Assembly (NCBI GenBank): GCA_951406725.2
Contig: OX597831.1
Coordinates: forward strand, 42,222,001-42,286,000
Source of the DNA: Octopus vulgaris
Taxonomy: Eukaryota
DNA: 64,000 nt
Reading direction: 5' to 3'
Of this stretch, positions 14,781-28,480 are shown in pieces. Positions within the stretch are counted from its first letter, which is position 1. Every line of letters starts with the position of its first letter. Under the pieces are notes generated by a model. That model had not been told where the DNA came from, did no database searches, and saw only the letters and a list, made by a program, of their open reading frames with translations. Position numbers and translations under genes: made by a program.

Positions 14781-15526
14781 GCATGGCTGTGAGGTTAAGA
14801 AGCTTGCTTTATAATTGTGTGGATTTGGGTTCAGTTCCACTGTGGGGCATCTTGGGCAAGTGTTTTCTCCTATAGCCCTAGGTTGACCAATGCGTTGTGA
14901 ATGAATTTGGTAGATGGAGATTGTGTGGAAGCCCATCATGTGTGTATGTATGTGCGTGTTTATGTTCATCCCTCATTACAGCTTGACAATTTGTATGAGT
15001 TCGTTTATATTTCTGCAGCTTAGTGGTTTGAGGAAAGAGACTGATAGAATAAGTATTAAACCTTTAAAATGAATACTGGGATTGATTTTTATTACACCTT
15101 TCAAGTTGGTGCCTCAACTCCATTATCTAATAAGTTATCTAATGCAATATAGGTATCCCTAACCTGCAAGCCATAAAACATACTCAATGCATTTAATATT
15201 AGAATGTTGCAGTTTATGAATTATATTAAGTGGCTGCTTCTAACTTCTAACTTGCAAAATTGTTTCATATGAAGATCAGCTCAGCTGTATCTATATTCAT
15301 CAGAGAGTAAAATGTTTCATTTTACACTCTGATGCAGCTGGCTACAGCTGTGCTGATCTCGAAATAAAACCTATTGCAAATTGCTAGTAGTTATTGAATA
15401 TATAAATAAACTATATATATCTGTCTATGGGTATATGTGTGTGTGTGTGTATATATATATATTTGTATGTATGTATGTATGTATGTATGTATGTATATAT
15501 ATATATATGTGTGTATGTGTGTGTGT

Positions 15527-15822
15527 GGAGGTGCATTGGCCCAGTGGTTAGGGCAGCGGACTCGCGGTCGTAAGATCGCGGTTTCGATTCCCAGACCGGG
15601 CGTTGTGAGTGTTTATTGAGCAAAAACACCTAAAAGCTCCATGAGGCTCTGGCAGGGGGTGGTGATCCCTGCTGTACTCTTTCACCACTCTTTCTCGCAC
15701 TCTTTCTTCTGTTGGCCTGCTCGCTTAGCCACCGGGGTGGCGTCATTCGATGGCTAAAACAATGCGAACGCATTGTGACTGGCGATATGTAGCAACATCT
15801 GATGGTCTGGTCGGTCACGTGA
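15527..15822 (+). mobile_element. SINE family B, young CpG-rich copy; near-identical copy 62110-62400(-); older relatives about 28060-28350, 32345-32560(-), 58020-58275(-), 58430-58710
   Basis: Pol III A box TGGCCCAGTGG and B box GGTTTCGATTCCC, end GGTCACGTGA followed by (TA)n. Confidence 0.85.
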
Positions 15823-15831
15823 CGTCACATG

Positions 15832-15865
<34 letters not shown>

Positions 15866-15896
15866 GTATATATATATATATATATGTATGTATACG

Positions 15897-15936
<40 letters not shown>

Positions 15937-16843
15937 CGCATGTATGTATATATATGTATGTATATGTATGTATAAGTATATATATATATTTATGTATATA
16001 TATATATATATGTATGTAAATACATATACAGAGCAGTTCCATCGTAACTGATGCAGAAGAAATTTTTAATGCTAAAAATGTTCTGGCATGTTATTTAAGC
16101 TAACTGAAATGTGATGACCCATTAGTATTGTTACATATGTATTGTAATTCTTTGTTTGAACCAGCTTGTCTTGGAGAGAATAGATACATGCATAACTGAT
16201 GCAACGGAAAAGCAAAATTGTACCTGACTTATGCTGGAAACCCCTGCGCTGAAAATTTACATGTGCAAACAATTTTTATATCAAAAGAAACCTGAAGTGA
16301 TATGGATGTTATACATGCTTTCATATCCTACGCTATTGTTTAATACATGCTGTAGTGCCTTCGGTAAAATGTAACTGACGCAACATGTACACATAGCTGA
16401 TGCAACATTTCCACCTAGAAATGTGTATCTGACACAACACTGAAACTTGGATCACAATTAGTATTCTGCATTTTTATTTTCATCAATCAGGAACATGAGG
16501 AATTGATCAAAAATTAAAAACATGCACTATGTGTTCAAAGTGTGCTGAACTTAAACACAAAGTTCTAAATAACGTTTCTTGATGCTTATTGCAGCACATG
16601 CATAATGTCTTTGATAATTCAATCTAGAGATTTTACATGCATAGCAGGTAATTGTGGGAATGCTGTAATACAGCAAGTCACTGATCATAATGTGGCTGAG
16701 ATTTCCATGAACAAGGCAAATTTTCTACAGCTAGATGCTCTTCCTGTCCCCAACCCTCTCTTGTTCCCATGAAAGATTGGAAGCAAATAATGCTGCTTGT
16801 ATGACAGTGGCACTTGTTTGCAGCTATAACATGATGTCAGGAT

Positions 16844-16882
<39 letters not shown>

Positions 16883-17324
16883 GGGTTTTTTTCCAAATAC
16901 CTATTTATGATATTTACTCACTAAGATTTAGTCAGCTGGCTGGGGGTCAGCTATAGTGGAAAACACAAAGATGAAGGATGCCATCGATGGCAGATATGAG
17001 AAAGTGTTAAAGGTGAGGCATGGTAGTCCTAAGCTGTAGCTCTGAGGAGAGAGAGAGAGAAGAAACTGTTGGCACAGTAAGGGGTGATCGGTGGAACATC
17101 AATGATGATATTAAGAATGAGGGATAGATTTTTAAAGGAAATGGCCCAGGGAGAGGGAACACACACACACACACACAATGAATATAGATGTAACGAGAAT
17201 ATAACTTTAGTGTAATAACTTCAGCAAAAACTTAAAGAGAGAGGAAATATATTTCTGTGTGTGTTCCTTCTCCCTGGAGCTATTTCCATGTATACATATA
17301 TATATATATATATATATGTATAGA

Positions 17325-17486
17325 GCAGGAGTGGCTATGTGGTAAGTAACTCGCTTACCAACCACATGGTTCCAGGTTCAGTCCCACTGTGTGACACCTT
17401 GGCCAAGTATCTTCTACTTTAGCCTCAGGCTGACCAAAGCCTTGTGAGTAGATTTGGTAGATGGAAACTGAAAGAAGCCCATCGCA

Positions 17487-17537
<51 letters not shown>

Positions 17538-17737
17538 TTGTGTCTGTGTTCGTCCCCCCAACATTACTTGACAACCGATGCTGGTGTGTTTACATCCCTG
17601 TAACTTAGCGGTTTGGCAAAAGAGACTGATAGAATAAGTACCAGGCTTATGAAGAATAAGTCCTGGGGTTGATTTGCTCGACTAAAGGCAGTGTTCCAGC
17701 ATGGCTGCGGTCAAATGACTGAAAGAAGTAAAAGAGT
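17325..17737 (+). mobile_element. SINE family A, representative full copy; further copies about 75-235(-), 3335-3690(-), 7495-7615, 12100-12497(-), 13808-13955(-), 14780-15115, 20995-21340, 22935-23355, 24020-24605(-), 25278-25627, 32947-33335, 33700-34075, 41785-42170, 44095-44240, 51335-51450, 56555-57660
   Basis: tRNA-like head (TGGCT.TGTGGT.AG...GGTTCAGTCCC), conserved body CCTTGGGCAAGTGTCTTCTACTATAGC, internal TA/TG microsatellite, and tail CAGCATGGCCGCAGTC.AATGACTGAAACAAGTAAAAGA. Confidence 0.85.
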
Positions 17738-18374
17738 ATTTATATAAAATCATGAGTTTCGTTGGATGTTGGCTCAGTTTGAAAGCAGAATTATTTTACA
17801 TGAATGCTTGAAAGACAAGATTAATAACCAGCAACGTTTAAAATTATTATCATTTCTATATTAATCTCAGAAATTTAGTCATATCATCTATGCTGGTTCT
17901 TTGTTATCATTTTCTTTTCTTGATTATTTTGTTTCATGTTTCCTTTGCTATTTCTCTTCCCCAACTATATTTTTTTTGTTACCTATCTTGCATCATTTGT
18001 TTCCATAACATGTCCAAATTGCTATTAACATCAGCCTCTTCTTCCTCTCTGTCTTTATGTACTGTTCTATCTCTCTGTCACTCTCAATCATTGCACTGTG
18101 CACTCTCTCTCTCTCTCGTTTTCTTTTGCTCTCTCTGCTGTCGCTTTCTTTCCCCTCTCACTTCACTATCTTCTCTTTCTTTCTCTTACTACCTTATACT
18201 TTGTCTTTTTTTCTGTCACATTCCAATTCTGTCTCCATGGGTCTCTAGATCTCTTTTTGCATAGCTCACTGTCTCTTTCTTTGCACAGCCCTGTTGCTCT
18301 CTGTACACACAGCTCTCTCTCTCTCTCTGTACACACACATACTCACGCATACATACACACACACTTGCCCGTGT

Positions 18375-18422
<48 letters not shown>

Positions 18423-21338
18423 TTCTGTCTCTCATTACATAGCTCTTTCTCTCTCACTCTATCTCTGCACACACATATACAACTCTCTGTCTCTCTCTCT
18501 CTCTCTCACCACTTCTTTCTGCACAGCCTCCCTCTACCTTTGGACACTGCCCTCCCTTTCTCCCCCTCCCCCCCCTCCTCCACTGCTCTTTTTTCTCTTT
18601 ACAAACCTCTCTCTCTTTCCATTTGCTGTTTTCTTTCTCTCTCTCTGACTCTGTCCACCTTCTTTCTTCCTCTCTCTTATATCAAATATATTACAATTAG
18701 TTCCCCGTTTTATAGAATTCTGCTTCCATAAAAAAAAAAATGAGAATCTGTTGGTTTATAGATGGCAGTGCCAATAGTAGACGTTTTCTGCACAACACAC
18801 CACTGCTAAATATTAATAATAAAGAGCAAAAAAAAAAAAAAAAAAAAAAAGAAATCGAAAGAAAAGAAACAAACTGCTACAGAAACATTCCCCCTTTAAT
18901 TCTTCCTTGCCAAATCGAAAGGAAAATGGAAATTAAAAAAAAAATTATAACTCAATTTATGTTCCTGGAATATTCTGCTAATGATATAGCTGGTCTTAGT
19001 TGATAAAACAGAGATCATAATGACCAACGTTGCCACCATCATCATCATTGTTATCATCATCATCGTGACCACCATTACTGTTGCCATCACCACCACCACC
19101 ACTGTCATCACTGTCTTCATCATCATCATCACCACCACCATTATCATCACCATCACCACCATTACTGTCACCACCACCCACCATCACGATTATACCATCA
19201 TTGCTTGTAAAATTGCTCTGTTATCATCATTGGTAATATCATCATCGTTGTCATAACTATAATCGTTTGTCTCTATTATTGTAATCGACTGCACCTCCTC
19301 CCTCTCCACCGTCATTGCAATCATCAATATCTTAGTCTTAAAAATAATCATCACCGTCATCTCTGTGATTAGCTACATCAATTTGCGCTTCCACCTCTTC
19401 GTCTTCCTCCCATCTCCATCTTCATCATTGCCATCATCATCACTGTCATCATCATCATCACCATCATCACTTTCCTCCTCCTCTTCATCATTACTATCAC
19501 CATCATTGTCACCACCACCACCACCACCACCACCATCATCATCATATCACTTTCATTGTCACTATAATTATCCTACTTCTCCCTCATTGTCTTCACTGTA
19601 ATTATCATCCTCCTCCTTTGCATCATCATCATTCTCATCACCACCTCCTTGTTATCATTATATTATGACTGTGTGTCCACCACCATCATGGTCCTGATGA
19701 TGATGATGATGATGATCCTTACTGTGTTATTTACATTCAGTTTAATACCAGAGCATCCATATTTGTCTACATACAACCTGTTGTTAACAGCAAGTAGATT
19801 GAGAACATTGGTGAAAAAGACCAGGCCATTTCAGATTTATGTTTCATTCAAAATCTTTGTTCATATACACATCACACTGTTGAGGATAGGACATGAAACA
19901 CAAACCTCTTGGTTTGTAACCTACCACTCTATTGCCTTGGTCATTTACACTCCCCCCTCTTTCTCTCTCTATATATTTCTATATATATATATATCATCAT
20001 CATCGTTTAACGTCCGTTCTCCATGCTAGCATGGGTTGGACGGTTCGACCGGGGATCTGGGAAGCCAGAAGGCTGCACCAGGCTCCAGTCTGATCTGGCA
20101 GTGTTTCTACAGCTGGATGCCCTTCCTAGCGCCAACCACTCCGTGAGTGTAGTGGGTGCTTTTTACGTGCCACCTGCACAGGTGCCAGGCAAGGCTGGCA
20201 ACGGCCAATATCGGATTGGTGCATTTTACGTGCCACCAGCACGGAAGCCAGTCAAGGCGGCGCTGGCATCGGCCACGATTCGGATGGTGCTATATATATG
20301 TGATTTACAATCAAAGTGCAGAAATGGCATACTCTAAATGAATAGGGTGATGTAATCTGATTGTAGAAAGAATTTTGCGAATTCGGTACTCCAAAGCAAG
20401 TTGGAAGGATGAGGTTCTAAGTGAGCATGTGGTAAATAGTTAAGAAAAAACATGTAGAAAAAAGGACAAGAAAAAACAAGGACACCCTTTGGTCGTGAAT
20501 GACCATGGGATTGCGCCTAGAAAGTTATCCTCCGAGGCACAAGCCCTCCCCCACCAAGGCACAAGTCGCCCATGCATACTAGCTTTTCTTCTCTACAGCA
20601 CTGATGTTTTCATTCTGGTAGTTTACTTTGTATTTCAGCTCACATTGATTTGGCCTTCTCTTACAAGTTTATCCAATATGTGTGTGTGTGGATGAGTGAC
20701 TTTGTATTTTCCTTTCATCTTCCTGTAAGTCCACTGACTGTAAACAATGGCCTTGATGATGGTGTCCTTTGTTTCCAGTCCTCTGTGTAAACATGTTAGA
20801 AGATTATTGCCTTGCTTGGAAATAGAAGGTTGGCATCATGAAGAGCATTTGGCTGTGGAAGACTGCACCATTGTTCTCTCATCTGACCCATGCAAGCATT
20901 GAAAAGTAGATGTTAAAATGATGGTGAGAATGATGATGATAATGATATATATATATGTGCAAGGATGGCTGTTAATGCTGCATGGCTTCTAGGCAAAGGC
21001 ATAACTGTGTGATTTAAAAAGCTTGCTTTGCAATCATGTGGTTCTGGGTTCAGTCCTACTGTGGGGCACCTGGGGCAAGCATCTTCTACTATAACTCCAG
21101 GTTGACCAATACCTTTGAGTGAATTTGGTAGATGGAAACTGGGAGGAAGCCTGTTACACACATATACACACACACACATGTGTGTGTGTGTGTGTATGTA
21201 TGGGGTTTGTGTTTTGTTGTGTTTGTGCGTCACCTCTGCTTGACATCTGGTATTGGTTTGTTTACATTCCTGTGACTCAGCAGTTCAATAAAGAATGCTG
21301 CAGCATGGCCACAGTCAAATGGCTGAAATAATTAAAAG

Positions 21339-21380
<42 letters not shown>

Positions 21381-21442
21381 TTGCCTACATCCATGCACGT
21401 GCATGCACACATACACACACACACACACGTGCACACACACGT

Positions 21443-21486
<44 letters not shown>

Positions 21487-21769
21487 GGCTTCCAATCTGC
21501 AGTGTGTGTTGGATTATTGGATTCCTGTCTGAAATGCTTTATTCTCAACAACTCTTAAGAATATAATTTATGTGATTCTATCTTTAGTTATTTATGCCTG
21601 TTTTGCAGCAGTCTCTCCTCAGTCTCTCCTTGTGTTTTGCAAAATTCTAAACAACTGTTCACCTTGATTGGTTCCTAAAACTAGCCGTCTTTTTGTCTTT
21701 CTCTTCTCTCTGTTTCAAAAAAAAAAAAAAGAAAGAAGCCATTTATTGATTATTATTTTTTTACACTGT

Positions 21770-22505
21770 GTCATTATTATCTACCTGCCCTCCATAATAA
21801 TCTGGCCTCCATCTTAATAATCCAGCCTCCATTATAATAATCCACCCTTAATCATAATAATCTGCCCTATTTAATAATAATCCACCCATCATAATAATCT
21901 GCCCTCCATCATAATAATCTACCCTCTGTCATAATAATCTGGCCTCCATCATAATAATTTGCCTTCCATAATAATTCACTTTTCATCATAATAATCCATC
22001 CACCATCATAATAATCTGCTCAACATCATAATCTGGCTTCCATCATAATAATCTGCACTCCATCATAATAATTCACCCTCTGTCATAATAATTCGTCCTC
22101 TGTCGTAATAATTCGCCGTCTCTCATAATAATTTGCTGTCTGTCGTATAATTCACCCTCTGTCATAATAATTTGCCCTCCATCATAATAATTTGCCTTCT
22201 GTCGTAATAATTCGCCCTCTATCATAATAATTCGCCCTCTGTCGTAATAATTCGCCCTCTGTCATAATAAATTGCCCTTTGTCGTAATAATTTGCCCTCT
22301 GTCGTAATAATTTGCTCGCTGTCATAATAATTCGCCCTCTGTCGTAATAATTCACCCTCTGTTGTAATAATTCGCTGTCTGTCATAATAATTCACCTTCT
22401 GTCATATCAATTCACCCTCTGCCATAATAGCTCGCCCTCCATCATAATAATTCACCTTCCATCATATCAATTTTATTTCTGTCATAATAATCCACCTTAA
22501 TAATC
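21770..22505 (+). repeat. Minisatellite, about 20-bp unit (CATAATAATTCGCCCTCTGT), roughly 35 copies
   Basis: Direct tandem periodicity is visible in the sequence. Confidence 0.9.
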
Positions 22506-23744
22506 CACCCACAACTTATCAATGCGTAATGACAAACCAATATGGGAACTTCTGAAAAGTCACTTGCTCTGCAATAAATAGCTGCAAGATCTCATTCAGA
22601 CCATGCTTTACCATTTTAAATAAACAGATGACATGTTGGACGGAGTCATTTTGGAAACTGTATGTCTGCAAAAAACCCCTCAGGAAACAAAATGTCATGG
22701 CTTAAATGCATTTGATCATAAGTTTGCTTAGTCAGTGGTGACTTGGGTCTTAAAAACAACAACAACAAGAACATGATGAGGGTGATTATGTTGGTGATTG
22801 TTATAAGAGTTTTTGTTACCCTGTGGCACATTGACGCTCTGTCTTGGAGGATTGGTGCTATGAATTCTTTTCCGTTTGATTCACTGAACTTAATTTATTG
22901 GCTGTTTTGGGGAAGAGGTTTTAAGGCAGATAAACAGACATGGCTGTGTGGTTAAGAAGCTTGCTTTGTAATCACATTGTTTTGGGTTCACTCTCACTGC
23001 ACAGCACCACAGGCAAGTGTCTTGTACTATAGCCCTGGTCCAACCCAATCCCTTGTGGGTGAATCTGGTTGATAGAAACTGTGTGGAAGCCTGTTGAATG
23101 TATGTATGTATATTTATTTATTCATATATATTGTGTGTGTGTCTTTGTGCTTGTTTGCTCCCCCCTCCCACTAATTGACAAATGGTGTCGGTTTGTTTAC
23201 ATCCCTATAACTTGGCATTTCAGTAAAAGAGACAGTAGGAATAAGTATCTGATTTTAATATATATATATAAAGTACTGGAGCTGATCTGTTCAGCTAAAC
23301 CCTTCAACGTGGTGCCCCAGCATGGTTGCAGACCAATGAATGAAACAAAAGAGAAGGGCTAGAAGATAGACTGTTTGTATATGAGAAAGAGAGAGAGAAA
23401 GAAAGAAAGAAGGAATGAAAGAAGGAAAGAAAGAGGGAAGGAAGGAAGGAGGTAATCAGAGAGAAGACATAATGAATCTGTAAACTAACTGAAGAGATTT
23501 TTTTTTTTTTAACATGATTGGGTACTTAATAGCAATTAAGGACGAAGACAAAATTAAGAAACTGTAAAAAAAAAAAAAATACTGTAGCTAAACCTGACTT
23601 TGAAGAGCTTTGTTGGACTGCAATAAAGGAAGTAACCCGTAAATAATTCATTTTAATTTTTCTTCCTGTCTGATCTGATTTACATAAAATAAAACACACA
23701 CAAACACACACATATATGTGTGTGTATGTATGTATATATGTGTG

Positions 23745-23856
<112 letters not shown>

Positions 23857-24202
23857 TGTATATATATATATATACATATATTAAGAACCCAAAGTACTTG
23901 TCACCTCAATAAGGAAGTGGTTAGTAATTAAGGAATATCCTGTTAGTTATCAGGGACAATTTCTAGAACTATTGTCTATTGTCACACTAATTAATTCATA
24001 TCAGTATTTTTTTGCATTCTTTTACTGCAGCCATGCTGGAGCACCACCTTAAAGGGGTCTAGTCAAAACAAATTGACCTCAGGACTTATTCTTTTTAAGC
24101 CTACTACTTATTCTATTGGAGTTTTTTGCTGAACTGCTAAGTTACAGTGGCATAAACACATCAACATCAGTTGTCAAGTGATGATGGGTGTGTAGGGACA
24201 AA

Positions 24203-24261
<59 letters not shown>

Positions 24262-24401
24262 CATAATAATAATAATAATATTAGGGAGTATAATAATATT
24301 AGTTTTTGTGATCTAGATATATGTTTTATAATATATTTTATTTTTTCTATACAATATGGTTTATGTCTATCATTGTTTGAATTACATAATAGTGGTTTTT
24401 C

Positions 24402-24448
<47 letters not shown>

Positions 24449-25235
24449 TGAGGGCTTTCGTTAGTTTCTGTCTACCGAATCCACTCGCAAGGCTTTGGTC
24501 AGTCCAAGGCTATATAATAGAAGACACTTGCCCAAGGTGCCATGCTGAGGGTCTGAACCCAGAACCATGTGGTTGGGAAGCAAGCTTCTTACCACACACC
24601 CGTACCTGAATAATAAATAAACTTATTGAGCTTAAGATATTTTGACATTTTACGTCTCGATTTTGAAGTAGATATGCAGCAGGTTCATTATTGGGATTTG
24701 TCATCTTCGTACTTTTTGATGTCCTCTTTTCCATTCTTGTGTGAATTGGACAGAATTCATTGAGGCAGGTTTTTCCATGGCTGGATGCCTTTATCGTATG
24801 CTTTGGTTAGTATAATATCTGATTGTTATCAAGTGTCTTATTCCTGAAAATGTGCATTCTCAAGTGTGAGACGTTCTTGCACAGCTGGTTCTTGCACAGC
24901 TGTTTCGGCACCGCCTATTTGGTGTCACTGATTTCATGTTGACTTGACAGCAGGCATTTTAATGTTTCCCTCATTCTGTCATGGAACCAGGGGAATGGCG
25001 TGGGGTAGCAGTCTCATGCAGGTTGGTGTTAAAAAGGTTAATAGGGCACATAATTGTGTCACAATTAATAAATTAAGACTCCTAATATTTCTTCCTTGAA
25101 GGTTTGTCATTTCTACTTCATATTTGGGTCTGGAAAAAATTATTGCCTCTGCCTTGTTGTTAGATCAGGAAATACATTCAGATGGAGATAAAACTTTCAA
25201 GTCTAAAGAATTGATACAAATATGCAAATTTATTG

Positions 25236-25280
<45 letters not shown>

Positions 25281-25669
25281 TACAGGTGTGACCGCATAGT
25301 GAGAAGCTTGCTTTCCAACCACATGGTTCGAGGTTCAGTCCCACTGTGGGACATCTTGGGCAAGTGTCTTCTACTATGGTCTCGGGCCAACCAAAGCCTT
25401 GTGAGTGGAATTGGTACATGAAAACTGAAAGAAGCCTATCTTCTTGGCAACTGGTGTTGATGTGTTTACATCCCTGTCATTTAGTGGTTCAACAAAAGAC
25501 ACCAATAGAATAAGTACCAGGCTTTAAAAAATAAATTCATCCTTGGGTTGATTTGTTCGACTAAAACACTTCAAGGCGGCGCCCCAGCATGGCCACAGTC
25601 AAATGACTGAAACAAGTAAAAAAAAGATGTGTGTGTATGTGTGTGTGTGTGTGTATATATATGTATATA

Positions 25670-25726
<57 letters not shown>

Positions 25727-26568
25727 GTATATGTATATACACGTATATGTATATATACGTATATATATATATGTATATAAAATATGTTAATATATGCCTG
25801 TCTATTTACTGTAGAAAGAAAAAAAAAAAAAGGTCCATTTGTATAAAATTTCAGCTTTTGGTGTTTTTGAAAAAGAAAACTGTTGGGTTTCCAGGAAAGC
25901 ATTTTCCATTAGATTCTGTGTTTTGCTTCCTTCCTTTCCTTTGAAATTGTCAATATTTAAATTACATTCTTTTCGATTTATCTTGACTCATTTTACTCTA
26001 TTTCTTTTTTTTCTTTTTCTTCCTCCATTACACATCATCACACTTAGAAACCGAATGGATTTTCCCCCATGTTTCCAACAGTTGATGATTATATAATTAT
26101 CCAATCTTAATTCTATGCGCATTCTATCACACGTCTTTTTTATTCGTCCTTTATGTGACACGTTGCAGTACTTACACATTCAGGAATTTTGCTTTTAACA
26201 ATTTCTAAAGCCTCTACATTTATCATATATCTGATTGAGCCTCTATAAGTTTTGCATATTTTCTCTTCATCCTCATTCTTTTTCCTTTTCTTTTTTCTCT
26301 TTTTTTTTGTTGTACATTTGTTGTTATTGTATGTTTTATTATTAATTTGATATGTCCTTTTTTTTTTGTTGATTTAATTCGGTCAGAAAATCCAATATGT
26401 AACATCATTTCTGGCTGCTGTCAACTTGTCTTTTGAATATGATTTTATCTGATGAATAAAAAACATGGAATGGTTATTTTTATTATTATTATTATTATTA
26501 TTATTTGCTGATTCTGTTTTGATTTGTTTTGTTAACATATTTGAAGCTTTTTTTCCTTTCTGTTTCAG

Positions 26569-26661
26569 GGGGATCTGATGTATGGCGTATTACTGGGGAG
26601 GAGAGAGGAAAACATGACTCCCAGTTTTTCCTACTGAAACCTGTTAATGGCTTTATTACAG
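26569..26661 (+). CDS. ITSN1: Intersectin coding exon 2, 93 nt ([32 protein letters not shown]), start of EH domain 1
   Basis: TTTCAG acceptor and ACAG|GTAAG donor. The translation closely matches the intersectin N-terminus as I recall it (human [33 protein letters not shown]). Confidence 0.95.
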
Positions 26662-27649
26662 GTAAGATGCTGATCTCTCTCTTTTTTATTATATATATAT
26701 ATATTCAATACATAACCATGCACATATATGTGTGTGTGTGTGTATATATATATATTCAATACATAACCATGCACATATATGTGTGTGTGTGTGTATATAT
26801 ATGTATATACACACACATATACACATACATATATACACAGATATGCATTCATACACACACATCATACATATACATACACACACACATATACATATACACA
26901 CATGTATATATTGATACATACACATACATGTGTGTGTGTTTGTGTGTGTACGTTTGTATTTAATTTATATCATCTAATGTTTATTGACAATATCTCTTCT
27001 CCCCCCCCTCCAAGTTGTTAACTTGTTTTATTCTGGAAAGGAAGTGCTTCACAGGCTCACGGCCAATTAGATTTAAAACTTTCAATGTATGTAAAGAGCT
27101 ATCCATAAACATTTTTGTCTATCTGTGAATGGTCTCTAAACCAATAAAAAAAAAAACCCAAAATTGTATGAGAGAAAAAAAGAAAAAGAAAAATGGAAGT
27201 AACACATTTCAAGAAGAGAAGCTCTCATACTAGATTTTCCAGTCATTCTTGTAGCCATTTGTAGGCAGTATGTCTAGTCTTGTGACTCTTCAGCTCAGTT
27301 GGGTATTACATTGAGTTGTTGGTACATAGTCCTATCATTATTCTAATTTTTGAGACTAATGATTAAAAAAAAAAGAGTATAAAGCTGGTGAAATATTTAT
27401 TGAATTAACCTTTTAGCATTCAGATTACTCTGTCAAATGTTATTACTTATTTATCCAAGTTGTTTTGTTTTGAATTAGTCATGCTTTATCTCGTAGCTCT
27501 AAAATGTTGATGATGTGATTGTTTTGTTTCTTATTATAATGATATTGTAGAGTATGTGTGAGGCTAGATCTGCTCAGTTTGGACATAAAAACAGGTAGAA
27601 TATTTTGGATGGATTACATGCTAAAGGGATAAATATCTGTAGAATCTAC

Positions 27650-27998
27650 TGGTGTTCTCAACCATCTTGGGATTCCTTTCATTACTATTATATTCTGGTG
27701 AACCTCCATAGCCATTTGATGTTTAAAAACTAGTTTTATAGAAACTGCTTTCCAAATTCATATTTTGTTTTTCACATGTTAACTTGTTTAGGTTGAACTA
27801 TGTAAAATGTTCAAGAAAGAAACCTAAATGTTTCTTACAATAAGTACTAATACATACATCTAAAGCAAAATTTTTTCAGGGGCCCTTAAAATACTATTGT
27901 GGATCCTCAATTTACTATGTTGTTGTGTGCCCCACCACCCTGTGCCAAATTTTATATGGACCCTCAGATCTCATATGGACCCTGGTTGAGAACCATTG
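27650..27998. mobile_element. hAT-type MITE (related ends at about 7995-8278 and 11487-11590)
   Basis: Termini GTGTTCTCAACC / GGTTGAGAACCATTG, with internal repeated TGGACCC motifs. Confidence 0.6.
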
Positions 27999-28416
27999 GT
28001 GTAGATAAATGAAATATCTCAATTATTTTATGCAAATTATATTGAATTATATGTAGGTGTGTGGCCTACGGATCAGGGTGTTGCACTCATGTTTGCAAAG
28101 TCTTAGTGTTATGATTCCCAGACTGGCAGTGCATAGTGTTTTTGAGTAAAACACTTCATTTCATGTTGTCCCAGTCCACTTGGCTGTAAATGGCTAACCC
28201 TGAGACAGATTGGCATTCAATTTTGGGGAATGTTGGCCTGTTCACCTACTGGATGGGGTGGTACCATTCGAAGGTTATGACAGTGCATGGAAGCACATTG
28301 TAACTCGTGGTGTGTGACATCCAGTAGTCAGGTAAATATGATGGTACATTGATGTTCTGTATGCAGTTATTTTATGCAAATGGTAAAAACTAAGTCTTAC
28401 GTCTTTCATTTTTCAG

Positions 28417-28480
28417 GGGAACAAGCCAAAGGTTTCTTTATGCAATCAGGACTTCCAACTGCTGTGTTAGGTCAGATATG
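28417..28480 (+). CDS. ITSN1: Intersectin coding exon 3, 64 nt (EQAKGFFMQSGLPTAVLGQIW), EH domain
   Basis: TTTTTCAG acceptor and TG|GTAAGT donor. Contains the EH signature SGLP...L.QIW and is phase-compatible with both neighbours. It is not in the ORF track frame. Confidence 0.95.

Noticed and set aside
15527-15600. tRNA-like sequence
   Set aside because: It is the head of a multi-copy SINE continuing into a shared body, not a tRNA gene.
21770-22505. CRISPR-like appearance of regularly spaced repeats
   Set aside because: Units are contiguous with no unique spacers, there are no cas genes, and the context is eukaryotic. It is a minisatellite.
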